Positions 42,692 to 52,966 of a stretch of 64,000 bases of DNA are shown here, piece by piece. The stretch is from positions 64,001 through 128,000 of the IMG/VR virus record IMGVR_UViG_3300027782_000037; one strand, given 5' to 3'. Position 1 is the stretch's first letter, and every line of letters starts with the position of its first letter. This DNA comes from a virus. The notes under the pieces were generated by a model. That model saw nothing but the letters and a program-made list of their open reading frames with translations, was not told the DNA's origin and did no database searches. The position numbers and the translations under genes are program-made.

Positions 42692-45600
42692 TTACGACAC
42701 AGTAATATTAGCAGTTCTTGTAACTCCATCGGTACCACGCACCAGTATAGCTAGGGTCGTATTGTTAACTAATCTAAATGACATAGTTGAATTAGCAGTT
42801 AAACTAGGCGCAGCAGGATTAAGCTGAGCCACTAAGTTACCGGTAATATCAACTTGCCCCGTAGTTTCTTGTATAGCAACAATACTATTTCCAGACGTGT
42901 TACTAATAGCAGTTACCGAAGTGGTAGTAGTAATTTCACGTACATCAATGATGTCACCAATCGCAGGAGCTTCTGTAAATGTCAGTACACAAGTTGGAAA
43001 TACGCCACTTACTGCATATGCGGTAGTTGGAATTTGCACTACACCGTTGATAGTAACAATACAACTGACAGTAGTTTGACTTGATCCCAGTGTGAATACC
43101 GTAGTAGATCCATCACCTGCAAACTGTTCATTTGCAATAACTGTGTAAGAAGATCCACCAACTGCTACCCAGGCTGCGCCATTCCAAATTTCACATTGTG
43201 AAACTGTACTGTTATAACGTAACATACCGGTTGCAGGAGACCCAGGACGCTGTGCTACGTTACCAACTGGTATTAACATACTATCTGTGGCATTTATTGC
43301 TAATGTTGCGCCGGTTGTTAGTGTAATATTAGCACCAAGTGCTACTGAATTGGCTGTTGTATAAACTAGGAAAGTTGTGCCAGATTGAATATTACCAGTA
43401 GAGCTTATGTAACCACCAGTTAATATATTACCACTGATTAGATTACCGGTAGCACTAACATTACCAGCTGTTAATACGTTTCCTGCTATAGCATTACCAG
43501 TAGCACTAAAATTGCCACCAGACAGTACATTTCCACCAGCACTAATATTTCCTGTGCTTACATTTCCACTAATAACATTGCCACCTACACTTACGGTTGA
43601 TACACCATAAAAATTATTGGCTGTCACATCAGTAGTAACAATTAAGTTAGAAACTACATTACCTGATAAACTTAATTGATTAGCATTAATACTAGCGTTA
43701 GTGGCAATATTTCCAATTAAACTTACGCCTTGATCATAAAATGTAGCAACTACATTTGATGCTGCGCCAACAGCAATTACTAAGTTACCACCTGTACTAG
43801 CAATGTTAGCATAACTTCCACCATTAGTAATCTTAGTTGATGATACGTTGGCAGCGTTAATGTTACTGATATATGCGCCATCACCAATAAAGAAATTTCC
43901 TGTTGAAATATTACCAAGGGCACTAATTTGTCCCGATGTATCAATATTGCCAACAGTAGCGTTGCCACTTGTGCTAATTATACCTGTTCCAACTAGTACA
44001 TTACCACCTGTTATATTTCCAGAAGCACTTACTGTAACTGCGTTAACAAGATTACCAGTAATATTACCAAAAGAACTTATATCTCCGCCAGTTAGAATAT
44101 TACCACCAATTACATTACCAGCCGCAGAGACATTTACTGTTGTAAATAAGTTACCAGAAATAACATTACCAGTTACATTTAATGTTGATGTTACATTTCC
44201 ACTTAGACTTAGTGTATTTCCGTTCAATGCGTTATTAGAAACAACGTTACCAAACGCAGAGACATCATATACAGCAACTAAGTTACCGGCTGCTACATTA
44301 CCAGTTACATTCAATGCTGATGTTACATTTCCACTTAGACTTAGTGTATTTCCGTTCAATGCGTTATTAGAAACAACATTACCAAGAGCCGAAACATCAT
44401 ATACAGCAACTAAGTTACCAGAAATAACATTACCAGTTACATTTAAAGTTGATGTTACATTTCCACTTAAACTTAAATTGCCAGTATTAACTATTACCGC
44501 ATTAATTACATTGCCTGTAATTTGATTATCAACATTAAGATTTCCAAGTACATTACCGCTTAATGAAATATTACTAGTTAAAATATTACCAGCATTGATG
44601 TTTCCAATAATACTAAGTGTAGTTGAACTTATAACATTACCTGTTATACTACCAGTTACACTTAAACTTGAGCCAGTAGCATCGCCGATATTTGGCGTAA
44701 CTAATGGGGCATTGGCAGGAATATAAAGCTGATTGCTGCCGTTTCTGCTGATAGTATTGCCGTCATATAAAGCGTCAATAACTGTGCCAGTTACGCTAAT
44801 TGCGTTACCACCAGAGTATTGGCCTGCTCCAGAAAATTGAGACCAAAGAATTTGTGTTGTTCCAACTGTAATTGGATTATTGGTTATACATACCCATCCA
44901 GTATCTGCTTGAGTTGAACCATATTCAACAAAAGTAAATGCCGATGCCATTTCTGTGCCGATATCAAAATCAGTGGCACGAGTCAATACATAAGCAACAC
45001 TTGGACTACCTGCAGTAGTTACAGTATAGATACCATTAAAAGCTGCTGATTGTGTTGTGTTATTGACAAATGCACCAACTTCATTTTTAATTAAAACACG
45101 TTCGCCTGCTGATACCACCGTACCATCAATTGTTAAATTACCAACTGCTGTGGCTGTTAACGTTGCTCCAACACCACTTGATCCATTATTGTATGTATAA
45201 CCAGTTCCAAAAATGTTACCTGCTGTAGCATACGCCACAGATGCTTTAATATCCAGACCTTGTGCTACGCTATCAACATATTGTTTATTTGCCACGTCCA
45301 ACGCAGCATACGGATCTGGTACGTTTGTAATCCATGTATTACCAGCATTAATATTACCTGTTACGCTAAATTGTAGTCCTGCGCTTGTGCTAGTAATAAT
45401 AAGTGTATTACCACTTAGAGCATTACCAACAAAAGTTTGATTTGTAATAATATTTCCGGCAGCACTTATAATATTTCCAGAATATACATTACCTGTGTAA
45501 ACACTACCAACTGCGCTGACACTAGCAGCAGCAATTAAATTTCCGGCAGATACATTACCAGTTGCTGTTATGAAACCAATGGTTGATACATTTCCAACGG

Positions 45601-47221
45601 TAGCAGTTCCAGTAGAACTAATTACACCAGGAGTGGCAATATTACCTGCTATAATATTACCTGTTACATTTAATGTGCTAGTTACATTTCCACTTAGACT
45701 TAGGGTATTTGCATTTACTGCGCTATTGGCAACAATATTACCCAATGCCGAAACATCAGTAATAGCAACAATATACTGAGCAGTTACATTGCCAGTTACA
45801 TTTAGTGCTGATGTTACATTACCAATTAAGCTCAATGAATTAGCATTAACAGCAGCGTTTGTTGAAACATCCCCAACAAAACTTACTCCTGTGTCATAAA
45901 ATGTAGCGGCTACATTTGAATTTGCCCCAATAGCAATTACTAAATTACCATCGGCACTAGCAATATTTGCGTATGTATTGCCATTTGAAATTTTGGTTGA
46001 TGAAACGTTGGCTGCATTAATGTTACTAATATATGCGCCATCACCAATAAAATAATTTGCTGTTTGAATATTACCAACTGCGCTTACTAGGCCAGCAGTT
46101 AATAAGTTACCACCATAAACGTTGCCAGTTGCTGTTAATGTCGTTGATGCAATTACATTAGCACCAGTTATATTACCACTTGCGCCTGTTGTTGAAAAAT
46201 TAGCAGCAGTTACGTTGCCACCTGCGCTAATAGCATTTGTTACGCTAACATTGTTGCCATATACATTTCCGGCAGCACTTACAGCGTCTACTGCGCTGAT
46301 ATTATTGGCAGCAACGTTACCAGTTACATTTAATGAGCTAGTTACGTTTCCACTTAGACTTAGGGTATTTCCATTTAATGCGCCGTTAGCAACAATATTG
46401 CCTACAGCCGAAATGTCAGTAATAGCCACTAAATTGCCTACTGTAGCTGTGCCTGTAGCACTTACGTTACCAGTAAAATCTACTCCATTGTTGTAAAATG
46501 TTGAAACTAGTACATTGGCAATTGTAATTACCAAGTTACCTGCATCAGATCCAATGTTAGCTGAACTATTACCGTTGCTGATCTTAGTTGCCGAAACGTT
46601 ACCTGGATTAATGTTACTGATATAGTAACCATCTCCAATAAAGAAATTTGCGGTAGAGATATTTCCTGTAGAACTTATTTCACCTGTCGTAGCAATATTT
46701 CCCACAGTGATATTACCAGAAATATTCAATGGACTTACAATGTTGCCAGCTATTGAAATATTTCCACCGATTAATAATTCACCGGTTACATTGGCATCAC
46801 CAGTAGTTAGGGTAGCATAGCTAAGAATATTAATATTTGTATTGTCAGTTGCGTTTGAATCTGTAAAAACAGTTGCAAACGATGTTAAGCTCTCGTCCCA
46901 GACAAAAGCAATGTTATTTGATGTGCCGCGTTGGCCTATATAACCAATATCAACAGTAGGAGAACCAGTTTGGTTACTGGCCAGGTATAATAATGGATCT
47001 TCAATTGTTACATTTGTGGTGTTAATGGCGGTTACATTACCTGTAACGCATAAATCACCCTGAACCGTTAGGTTTGAACTATAGACAAAGTTGTTAGCCA
47101 ATAAATTCGATGTTATCGAATATGGTTGTACTTTGGTATTAGCATCAATACCGAAATAGGTATTACCCGAAATAGCATCGGTAATTTGATTATTATTAAT
47201 TCTGGTTAATGTTCCGCTCAT
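42692..47221 (-). CDS. Long fibre protein (~1509 aa)
   Basis: Start MSGTLTRI at 47221 after SD GGGAG; D.ANKQYVD..AQGLD.KASV module; 44-aa (132-bp) repeats near 44147-44470. Confidence 0.85.
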   Translation of the reverse strand: MSGTLTRINNNQITDAISGNTYFGIDANTKVQPYSITSNLLANNFVYSSNLTVQGDLCVTGNVTAINTTNVTIEDPLLYLASNQTGSPTVDIGYIGQRGTSNNIAFVWDESLTSFATVFTDSNATDNTNINILSYATLTTGDANVTGELLIGGNISIAGNIVSPLNISGNITVGNIATTGEISSTGNISTANFFIGDGYYISNINPGNVSATKISNGNSSANIGSDAGNLVITIANVLVSTFYNNGVDFTGNVSATGTATVGNLVAITDISAVGNIVANGALNGNTLSLSGNVTSSLNVTGNVAANNISAVDAVSAAGNVYGNNVSVTNAISAGGNVTAANFSTTGASGNITGANVIASTTLTATGNVYGGNLLTAGLVSAVGNIQTANYFIGDGAYISNINAANVSSTKISNGNTYANIASADGNLVIAIGANSNVAATFYDTGVSFVGDVSTNAAVNANSLSLIGNVTSALNVTGNVTAQYIVAITDVSALGNIVANSAVNANTLSLSGNVTSTLNVTGNIIAGNIATPGVISSTGTATVGNVSTIGFITATGNVSAGNLIAAASVSAVGSVYTGNVYSGNIISAAGNIITNQTFVGNALSGNTLIITSTSAGLQFSVTGNINAGNTWITNVPDPYAALDVANKQYVDSVAQGLDIKASVAYATAGNIFGTGYTYNNGSSGVGATLTATAVGNLTIDGTVVSAGERVLIKNEVGAFVNNTTQSAAFNGIYTVTTAGSPSVAYVLTRATDFDIGTEMASAFTFVEYGSTQADTGWVCITNNPITVGTTQILWSQFSGAGQYSGGNAISVTGTVIDALYDGNTISRNGSNQLYIPANAPLVTPNIGDATGSSLSVTGSITGNVISSTTLSIIGNINAGNILTSNISLSGNVLGNLNVDNQITGNVINAVIVNTGNLSLSGNVTSTLNVTGNVISGNLVAVYDVSALGNVVSNNALNGNTLSLSGNVTSALNVTGNVAAGNLVAVYDVSAFGNVVSNNALNGNTLSLSGNVTSTLNVTGNVISGNLFTTVNVSAAGNVIGGNILTGGDISSFGNITGNLVNAVTVSASGNITGGNVLVGTGIISTSGNATVGNIDTSGQISALGNISTGNFFIGDGAYISNINAANVSSTKITNGGSYANIASTGGNLVIAVGAASNVVATFYDQGVSLIGNIATNASINANQLSLSGNVVSNLIVTTDVTANNFYGVSTVSVGGNVISGNVSTGNISAGGNVLSGGNFSATGNAIAGNVLTAGNVSATGNLISGNILTGGYISSTGNIQSGTTFLVYTTANSVALGANITLTTGATLAINATDSMLIPVGNVAQRPGSPATGMLRYNSTVSQCEIWNGAAWVAVGGSSYTVIANEQFAGDGSTTVFTLGSSQTTVSCIVTINGVVQIPTTAYAVSGVFPTCVLTFTEAPAIGDIIDVREITTTTSVTAISNTSGNSIVAIQETTGQVDITGNLVAQLNPAAPSLTANSTMSFRLVNNTTLAILVRGTDGVTRTANITVS

Positions 47222-47242
47222 AGTGGTCTCCCTTGACAATGT

Positions 47243-47248
47243 TATTTA
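47243..47248 (-). promoter_or_regulatory. Late promoter within a 13-bp perfect inverted repeat (47235-47274)
   Basis: GACAATGTTATTT-14 nt-AAATAACATTGTC. Confidence 0.7.
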
Positions 47249-47282
47249 GCCAAAAACGGTCAAATAACATTGTCGGTGAGTT

Positions 47283-50200
47283 TTATAGTCTTCCAACCAA
47301 TATTTCTATTACTCCCAGATTTCCAGCAAAACCAGTTATTGCTTTACCTATTACTGTACCCATTTTAGGGTTAGTTTCGGCTCTAGCTCGTCCATTTCCA
47401 GCAGACACCATCATAGCACCAGCGGTAACTGGACCTTGAACCAAACAAGGTACGCGACCTACTAGTGCAAGGGCTACTACAAATTTTCCGGTTAATCCCG
47501 AATTCATTTGATACGCCGGATTTGTACTAATAATTCCAGCAATCAGTGGGTCATTATCCTGAGTACTAATGGTTAATTCTTCTTCGCCGCCAAAACTTAA
47601 TACTGTTCCGGGGGTATATTCCGCATCTGCTAAGTACAATTCTGCTAAGTCAGCGTATTGTGCTGATGTTGCGTTGGCAAATATTGTGTTAAAGTAATTG
47701 CTTGAGCTACCAATATTTCCTACCGCATTAGCATTTGAATTAACAATATTTCCCACAGTAATTGTGCCAGTACCAACTGATAAGTTGCCACCTGTTATAT
47801 TACCAGCTGCGCTAAATGCCGCTGATGCTGCCAATGTAGCAGCAGTTACAGCAAGAGTGGCTCCACCTGCTATCCCTGTATTCCCTGTAACTTGAATACG
47901 AGCATCATAGTCCACAACAGTAGCACTACTATTAAAGTCAATATAAGGAGTACTAGCAACGCCATCAATGCGTCCAATATTAACAGCTCCACCACCGTCC
48001 GTTGCTATGTTAACTCTACCCGTAGCAGTGCTTACTGTAATCTGCGCTGCCGAAGTAATATTACCGGTGGCACTTACAAAACCCCCAGCAGTGATATTAC
48101 CAGTTACCGATAAATTGCTTAGGGTACCAACACTAGTGGCAACTACGCCAGTCAACGCCGAACCATTACCATTAAAGAAATTACCGGTTACATTACCAGT
48201 AGCACTTACTAAACCACCAGTTAATAAATTACCAGTTTGAGTAGTGCCTGATACCGATAAACTTGTTAATATGCCAACAGAAGTAATGTTTGGCTGTGCT
48301 GCGGTAGATACAGTACCTGCTGTTGTGGCAGATGTAGCAGCCCCCACAGTCAATGACGACGCTGTACCAGTTAACCCAGTACCAGCACCACTGAAACTTG
48401 ATCCAGTAACGGTGCCAGTAGAACTGATCAATCCAGCAGTTAATATATTTCCGCCAGTTACATTACCAGTAACAACCATGGCATTTGCGGCAGAATTAAA
48501 TGTAAATCCCGCACTTGCATTTGCTTGACCAGCATTATTATAAATGACCTGTGTATTAGCACCTGGTACTGTTATATTACCTGAAATATTACCCGTTAAA
48601 TTACCAATAAAATATGGCGCAGTAATATTTCCTGTGGCACTGATTAATCCAGCAGTTAATATATTACCACCAGTAACATTAGCTGTTACTGCCAAACTTG
48701 TTAAGGTACCAACTGAGGTAATATTAGGTTGAGCATTTGTTGTGACAGTAGCCGCAGTAGTAGCTGAATCAGCAATTATGCCAGTTAATAATGAACCGTT
48801 GCCATTAAAGAAGTTACCGGTTATATTACCGGTAGCACTTACCCGTCCAGCAGTTAAGATATTTCCGCCAGTTACATTACCAGTAACCACTATAGCATTT
48901 GCAACAGAATTAAAAGTAAATCCTGCACTTGCATTTGCTTGCCCATCATTATTATAAATGACCTGTGTATTAGCACCAGGTACTGTTAAGTTACCTGAGA
49001 TATTACCTATTAAATTACCAATAAAATATGGCGCAGTAATATTTCCTGTGGCACTTACTATGCCAGCAGTCAATATATTACCACCAGTAACATTTGCTGT
49101 TACTGCCAAACTTGTTAATGTACCAACTGAAGTTATATTTGGTTGTGCATTTGCTGTAATAGTAGCGGTAGTACCTGATGACACTGCATATGTCGCATTA
49201 GCCACAGTTCCAGACACATTGCTACCAGTAATTGATGATAATAATGCTCCATTGCCAATTATACGACCACCAGTAATGTTACCAGTAACCACCAAGGCAT
49301 TTGCAGCAGAATCAAATGTAAATCCTGCACTTGCGCCAGCATTGCCATTGTTATTATAAATGACCTGAGTATTTAATCCTGGAATCGTAATATTACCAGT
49401 AACATTACCAAAAAGTGTACCGACGAAATATCCTGCTGTTGTGATATTACCAGTGGAACTTATTTGTCCAGCTGTTAAGATATTACCACCAGTTACGTTT
49501 GCAGTTACAGCTAAACTACTTAAAGTGCCTACTGAAGTAATATTTGGTTGTGCATTTGCTGTAACAGTCGCCGAAGTACCAACAGCACTACCCGCTGATA
49601 CTGCATATGTTGCATTAGCCACATTACCTGATACATTTGCACCGGTAATGGAACTTAATGTTGCGCCATTGCCAATTATGTAACTACCAATGACATTACC
49701 AGCAGCACTGGCGTAACCACCAGTTAATAAGTTACTACCAGTAACAGTACCAGTCGATACTAAACTATTTGATGCAAAATCAAAGGTAAGCCCGGCACTT
49801 GCGTTTGCTTGTCCATTGTTATTGTAAATGACCTGTGTATTTGCCCCGGGAACTGTTAAATTACCCGAAATATTTCCTATTAAATTTCCAACAAAATACG
49901 GAGCAGTTATATTACCGGTAGATGAAACAATACCGGCAGTTAGTAAATTACCACCACTAATATTGCCGGTTGCGGTTAATGATCCAGCTGTGGCAATATT
50001 TCCGCCAATGATATTAGCAGTACTAGTAATAGTACTTGTTGCTGATATTAGACCAGATGTTAGTAAATTGCCGCCGGTGATATTTGCTGCTGCGGTAATT
50101 GATCCGGTAGCTGATACTAGCCCGGCGGTAACTAAGTTGCCACCAATTATATTACCACTTGCCGATACAACCGCACCTAGGTGACTTGACCCGGTTACCG

Positions 50201-52610
50201 CCCCTGTTGCACTAATTAATCCGCTGGTCAATAGATTGCCAGAGCGTGTGTTTCCAGTTACACTTAAACTCGTGAGTGTACCAAGGCTTGTAATATTTGA
50301 TTGGGCGTTTTCTGTTACTGTACCCGAAAAACCAGAGGATGCGGCATATGTTGCATTAGCCACAGTGCCAGAGACATTTGCACCACTAACTGCATAGGCT
50401 GTGTCGGCTATAGTAGCACGAGATACGGTACCACTTACATTACCACCTTGTATATTGCTTAATGTATTTCCTGCTCCAATAAATTGAACACCACTGATAT
50501 TGCCAGTAACACTTATATTATCAGCAGTTAGGTTACCGCTAAATGTAGGCAAATAGTTAGCTACATTAGCATTACCGTAAGTTGTAGTGATACCTGTTAA
50601 TTGGCTACCGTTACCAATAAAATAATTACCAGTAATATTACCAACAGCCGTTATAGTTGCGGCAGATACAATATTACCTGCCGCAACATTACCGGTGGCG
50701 GTAATTAACCCAGCAGTTGTAATATTACCAACTGTAGCATTACCCGTAGCTGACACTAATCCAGCAGTGGTAATATTACCAACTGTAGCATTACCAGTTA
50801 TAGAAATTAACCCGCCTGTAAAAATATTGCCGTAGGTAACATTACCAGCCGCACTTATTATACCGGTAGTTATAATATTACCAGCGATGATATTACCTGT
50901 GGCCGATATAAGACCATCGGTGGCTAAATTGCCACCAGTAATATTTGCGGCTGAAGTAATTGACCCGGTAGCTGATACTACTCCAGGGGTCACTAAATTA
51001 CCGCCGGTAATGTTACCAGTTACCAACAGAGCATTCGCTGCAGAATCGAATGTAAATCCCGTGCCTGCTCCAATATTACCATTGAGATTATACAATACCT
51101 GCGTATTAGAACCGGGTATAGTAATATTTCCTGAAATATTTCCTATTAAATTACCAATAAAATTAGGTGCAGTAATATTACCAGTTGTGCTTACTGGATT
51201 TAGCAAATTAAATGAATTGCTGGTCATTGTGGCAAACAAACTATTTGCCGTAGTAAATTGTATATTGCCCGATGGAGTAATGTTTATTGAACTATTACCG
51301 TAGGAATTAGATAGCGAACTTATCGAAGTAAGGTATGTAATAAATCTAATGTCAATAATATCAGATGACATTGGAATTTGTGAGAATGTAATCGAATTTC
51401 CCGTAACAGTATAGGATAAGTTAGGTACTTGATTTACGCCATTGATTGCGACTAAAATTCCTGCTGCGGTTGATGATTCCACCAACAAATATGAATCAGA
51501 TACACCATCTGGTGTGATCTGTTGATCTATAATAGTTCCCGGTGATATGACGTTGGCACCTGTTACCCAGCTGGCACCATCCCAAGTTTCAATACTGCTT
51601 ATTATAGTATTAAATCGTGTTACCCCTATGGCGGGGCTCGACGGACGTTGTGCTGTATTACCCGCCGGAATACCAATTCCAGCGGAACCTGCAAATAATA
51701 TTAAATTACCATTACTGGCAAATGTTGTATCCACTATACTAATATTGGCGATATTGGCATTTCCGCTTACAGATATATTTGCCAAAATGCCGACTGATTC
51801 TAGACTTGAATATAGTACATTTGCGCTTAATGTGTTTCCTATTAATGCATTAGCATAAACCGATGCGGCTGCAATACCGGTTAATTGACTACCATTACCA
51901 ATAAAATAGTTACCAGTAATATTACCAGTGGCGGTGACTAATCCGTTCGTTATAATATTACCACCAGTTACATTACCTGTGGCCGATACCAATCCAATAG
52001 TTAATACATTACCACCGTCGATGTTAGCCGAACTGGAAATAGTTGATGCGGCGGAAATTAATCCAGCTGTTAATAAATTGCCACCAGTTATATTAGCTGT
52101 TGCCGATATTGAACCAGGAGTTAGTATATTACCACCAGTAATATTGCCGGTTGCAGACAACCGCCCCCCTGTTAATAAATTACCGCCTAATATATTAGCC
52201 GAGCTGGTAATCGTCCCTAGGACACTAACACCGTTAATGGAAAATACTGCGATATTACCCACGGTACTAACAGATATTGTTACGTTAGCATTAGCTGAGG
52301 CGATATCCAGATTACTACCACCGTTTACTACGTTCGAAACAGAAGTAATAATACCAGTTAATTGTGATCCGTTACCTAAAAAATAATCGGCAGAAATATT
52401 GCCAGTAGCGGTAACTGTTGATAAAGTCAACGAGTTTGACCAAACTCTTGTGTTATTAGTTGATATTGTTAAAATACTACTATTGGCACCAGCACCTAAA
52501 CTGGGTTCTGCTTGCCCCAATGATAAGAATTCGTATCTAGATGAGTCAAGATTAGCGTAAGGTACTACGGGCGACCGCCCACTTAGCAGTTTTGTTGTGT
52601 TTATTGACAT
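47283..52610 (-). CDS. Long fibre protein (1775 aa) with C-terminal Peptidase_G2-like chaperone domain
   Basis: Fibre repeats, AQPNITSVGTL.SL and PGANTQVIYN modules; SAQYADLAE...GRVPC C-terminus. Confidence 0.85.
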   Translation of the reverse strand: MSINTTKLLSGRSPVVPYANLDSSRYEFLSLGQAEPSLGAGANSSILTISTNNTRVWSNSLTLSTVTATGNISADYFLGNGSQLTGIITSVSNVVNGGSNLDIASANANVTISVSTVGNIAVFSINGVSVLGTITSSANILGGNLLTGGRLSATGNITGGNILTPGSISATANITGGNLLTAGLISAASTISSSANIDGGNVLTIGLVSATGNVTGGNIITNGLVTATGNITGNYFIGNGSQLTGIAAASVYANALIGNTLSANVLYSSLESVGILANISVSGNANIANISIVDTTFASNGNLILFAGSAGIGIPAGNTAQRPSSPAIGVTRFNTIISSIETWDGASWVTGANVISPGTIIDQQITPDGVSDSYLLVESSTAAGILVAINGVNQVPNLSYTVTGNSITFSQIPMSSDIIDIRFITYLTSISSLSNSYGNSSINITPSGNIQFTTANSLFATMTSNSFNLLNPVSTTGNITAPNFIGNLIGNISGNITIPGSNTQVLYNLNGNIGAGTGFTFDSAANALLVTGNITGGNLVTPGVVSATGSITSAANITGGNLATDGLISATGNIIAGNIITTGIISAAGNVTYGNIFTGGLISITGNATVGNITTAGLVSATGNATVGNITTAGLITATGNVAAGNIVSAATITAVGNITGNYFIGNGSQLTGITTTYGNANVANYLPTFSGNLTADNISVTGNISGVQFIGAGNTLSNIQGGNVSGTVSRATIADTAYAVSGANVSGTVANATYAASSGFSGTVTENAQSNITSLGTLTSLSVTGNTRSGNLLTSGLISATGAVTGSSHLGAVVSASGNIIGGNLVTAGLVSATGSITAAANITGGNLLTSGLISATSTITSTANIIGGNIATAGSLTATGNISGGNLLTAGIVSSTGNITAPYFVGNLIGNISGNLTVPGANTQVIYNNNGQANASAGLTFDFASNSLVSTGTVTGSNLLTGGYASAAGNVIGSYIIGNGATLSSITGANVSGNVANATYAVSAGSAVGTSATVTANAQPNITSVGTLSSLAVTANVTGGNILTAGQISSTGNITTAGYFVGTLFGNVTGNITIPGLNTQVIYNNNGNAGASAGFTFDSAANALVVTGNITGGRIIGNGALLSSITGSNVSGTVANATYAVSSGTTATITANAQPNITSVGTLTSLAVTANVTGGNILTAGIVSATGNITAPYFIGNLIGNISGNLTVPGANTQVIYNNDGQANASAGFTFNSVANAIVVTGNVTGGNILTAGRVSATGNITGNFFNGNGSLLTGIIADSATTAATVTTNAQPNITSVGTLTSLAVTANVTGGNILTAGLISATGNITAPYFIGNLTGNISGNITVPGANTQVIYNNAGQANASAGFTFNSAANAMVVTGNVTGGNILTAGLISSTGTVTGSSFSGAGTGLTGTASSLTVGAATSATTAGTVSTAAQPNITSVGILTSLSVSGTTQTGNLLTGGLVSATGNVTGNFFNGNGSALTGVVATSVGTLSNLSVTGNITAGGFVSATGNITSAAQITVSTATGRVNIATDGGGAVNIGRIDGVASTPYIDFNSSATVVDYDARIQVTGNTGIAGGATLAVTAATLAASAAFSAAGNITGGNLSVGTGTITVGNIVNSNANAVGNIGSSSNYFNTIFANATSAQYADLAELYLADAEYTPGTVLSFGGEEELTISTQDNDPLIAGIISTNPAYQMNSGLTGKFVVALALVGRVPCLVQGPVTAGAMMVSAGNGRARAETNPKMGTVIGKAITGFAGNLGVIEILVGRL

Positions 52611-52611
52611 A

Positions 52612-52944
52612 TTAGCCTGTTAATGTTTCTAGGTAACTCAAAACTAATTGTCCACTAGTATCGTCGCTTGCTGAAAGTTGTAATTCGTCCCCGTATTGTA
52701 AAATCAACCTACCTGTAAGAATACTTGCTGCATCATCTGTCGGAACACTATAGTTGTTGATCAATGACGTAGACACACTTGATCTAAGTATACTGGCAGA
52801 AACTTGAATAGTGTCAACACCGGTATTACTAATCTGTGCTAATAACACCACTGTAGCATATCCTAACGGAGGAGTATACACGGTTGTCGTAGTAGTAGTA
52901 ATATCTACTAAAGTTGTTCTAAATAAATTTAATGCGCCCGACAT
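52612..52944 (-). CDS. Small beta-sandwich adaptor
   Basis: VYT.P.GY..VVLLAQISN...G.L.L..GD.L...LSYLE. Confidence 0.7.
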   Translation of the reverse strand: MSGALNLFRTTLVDITTTTTTVYTPPLGYATVVLLAQISNTGVDTIQVSASILRSSVSTSLINNYSVPTDDAASILTGRLILQYGDELQLSASDDTSGQLVLSYLETLTG

Positions 52945-52966
52945 AGTTTTTCCTTTTTTTTACTAA

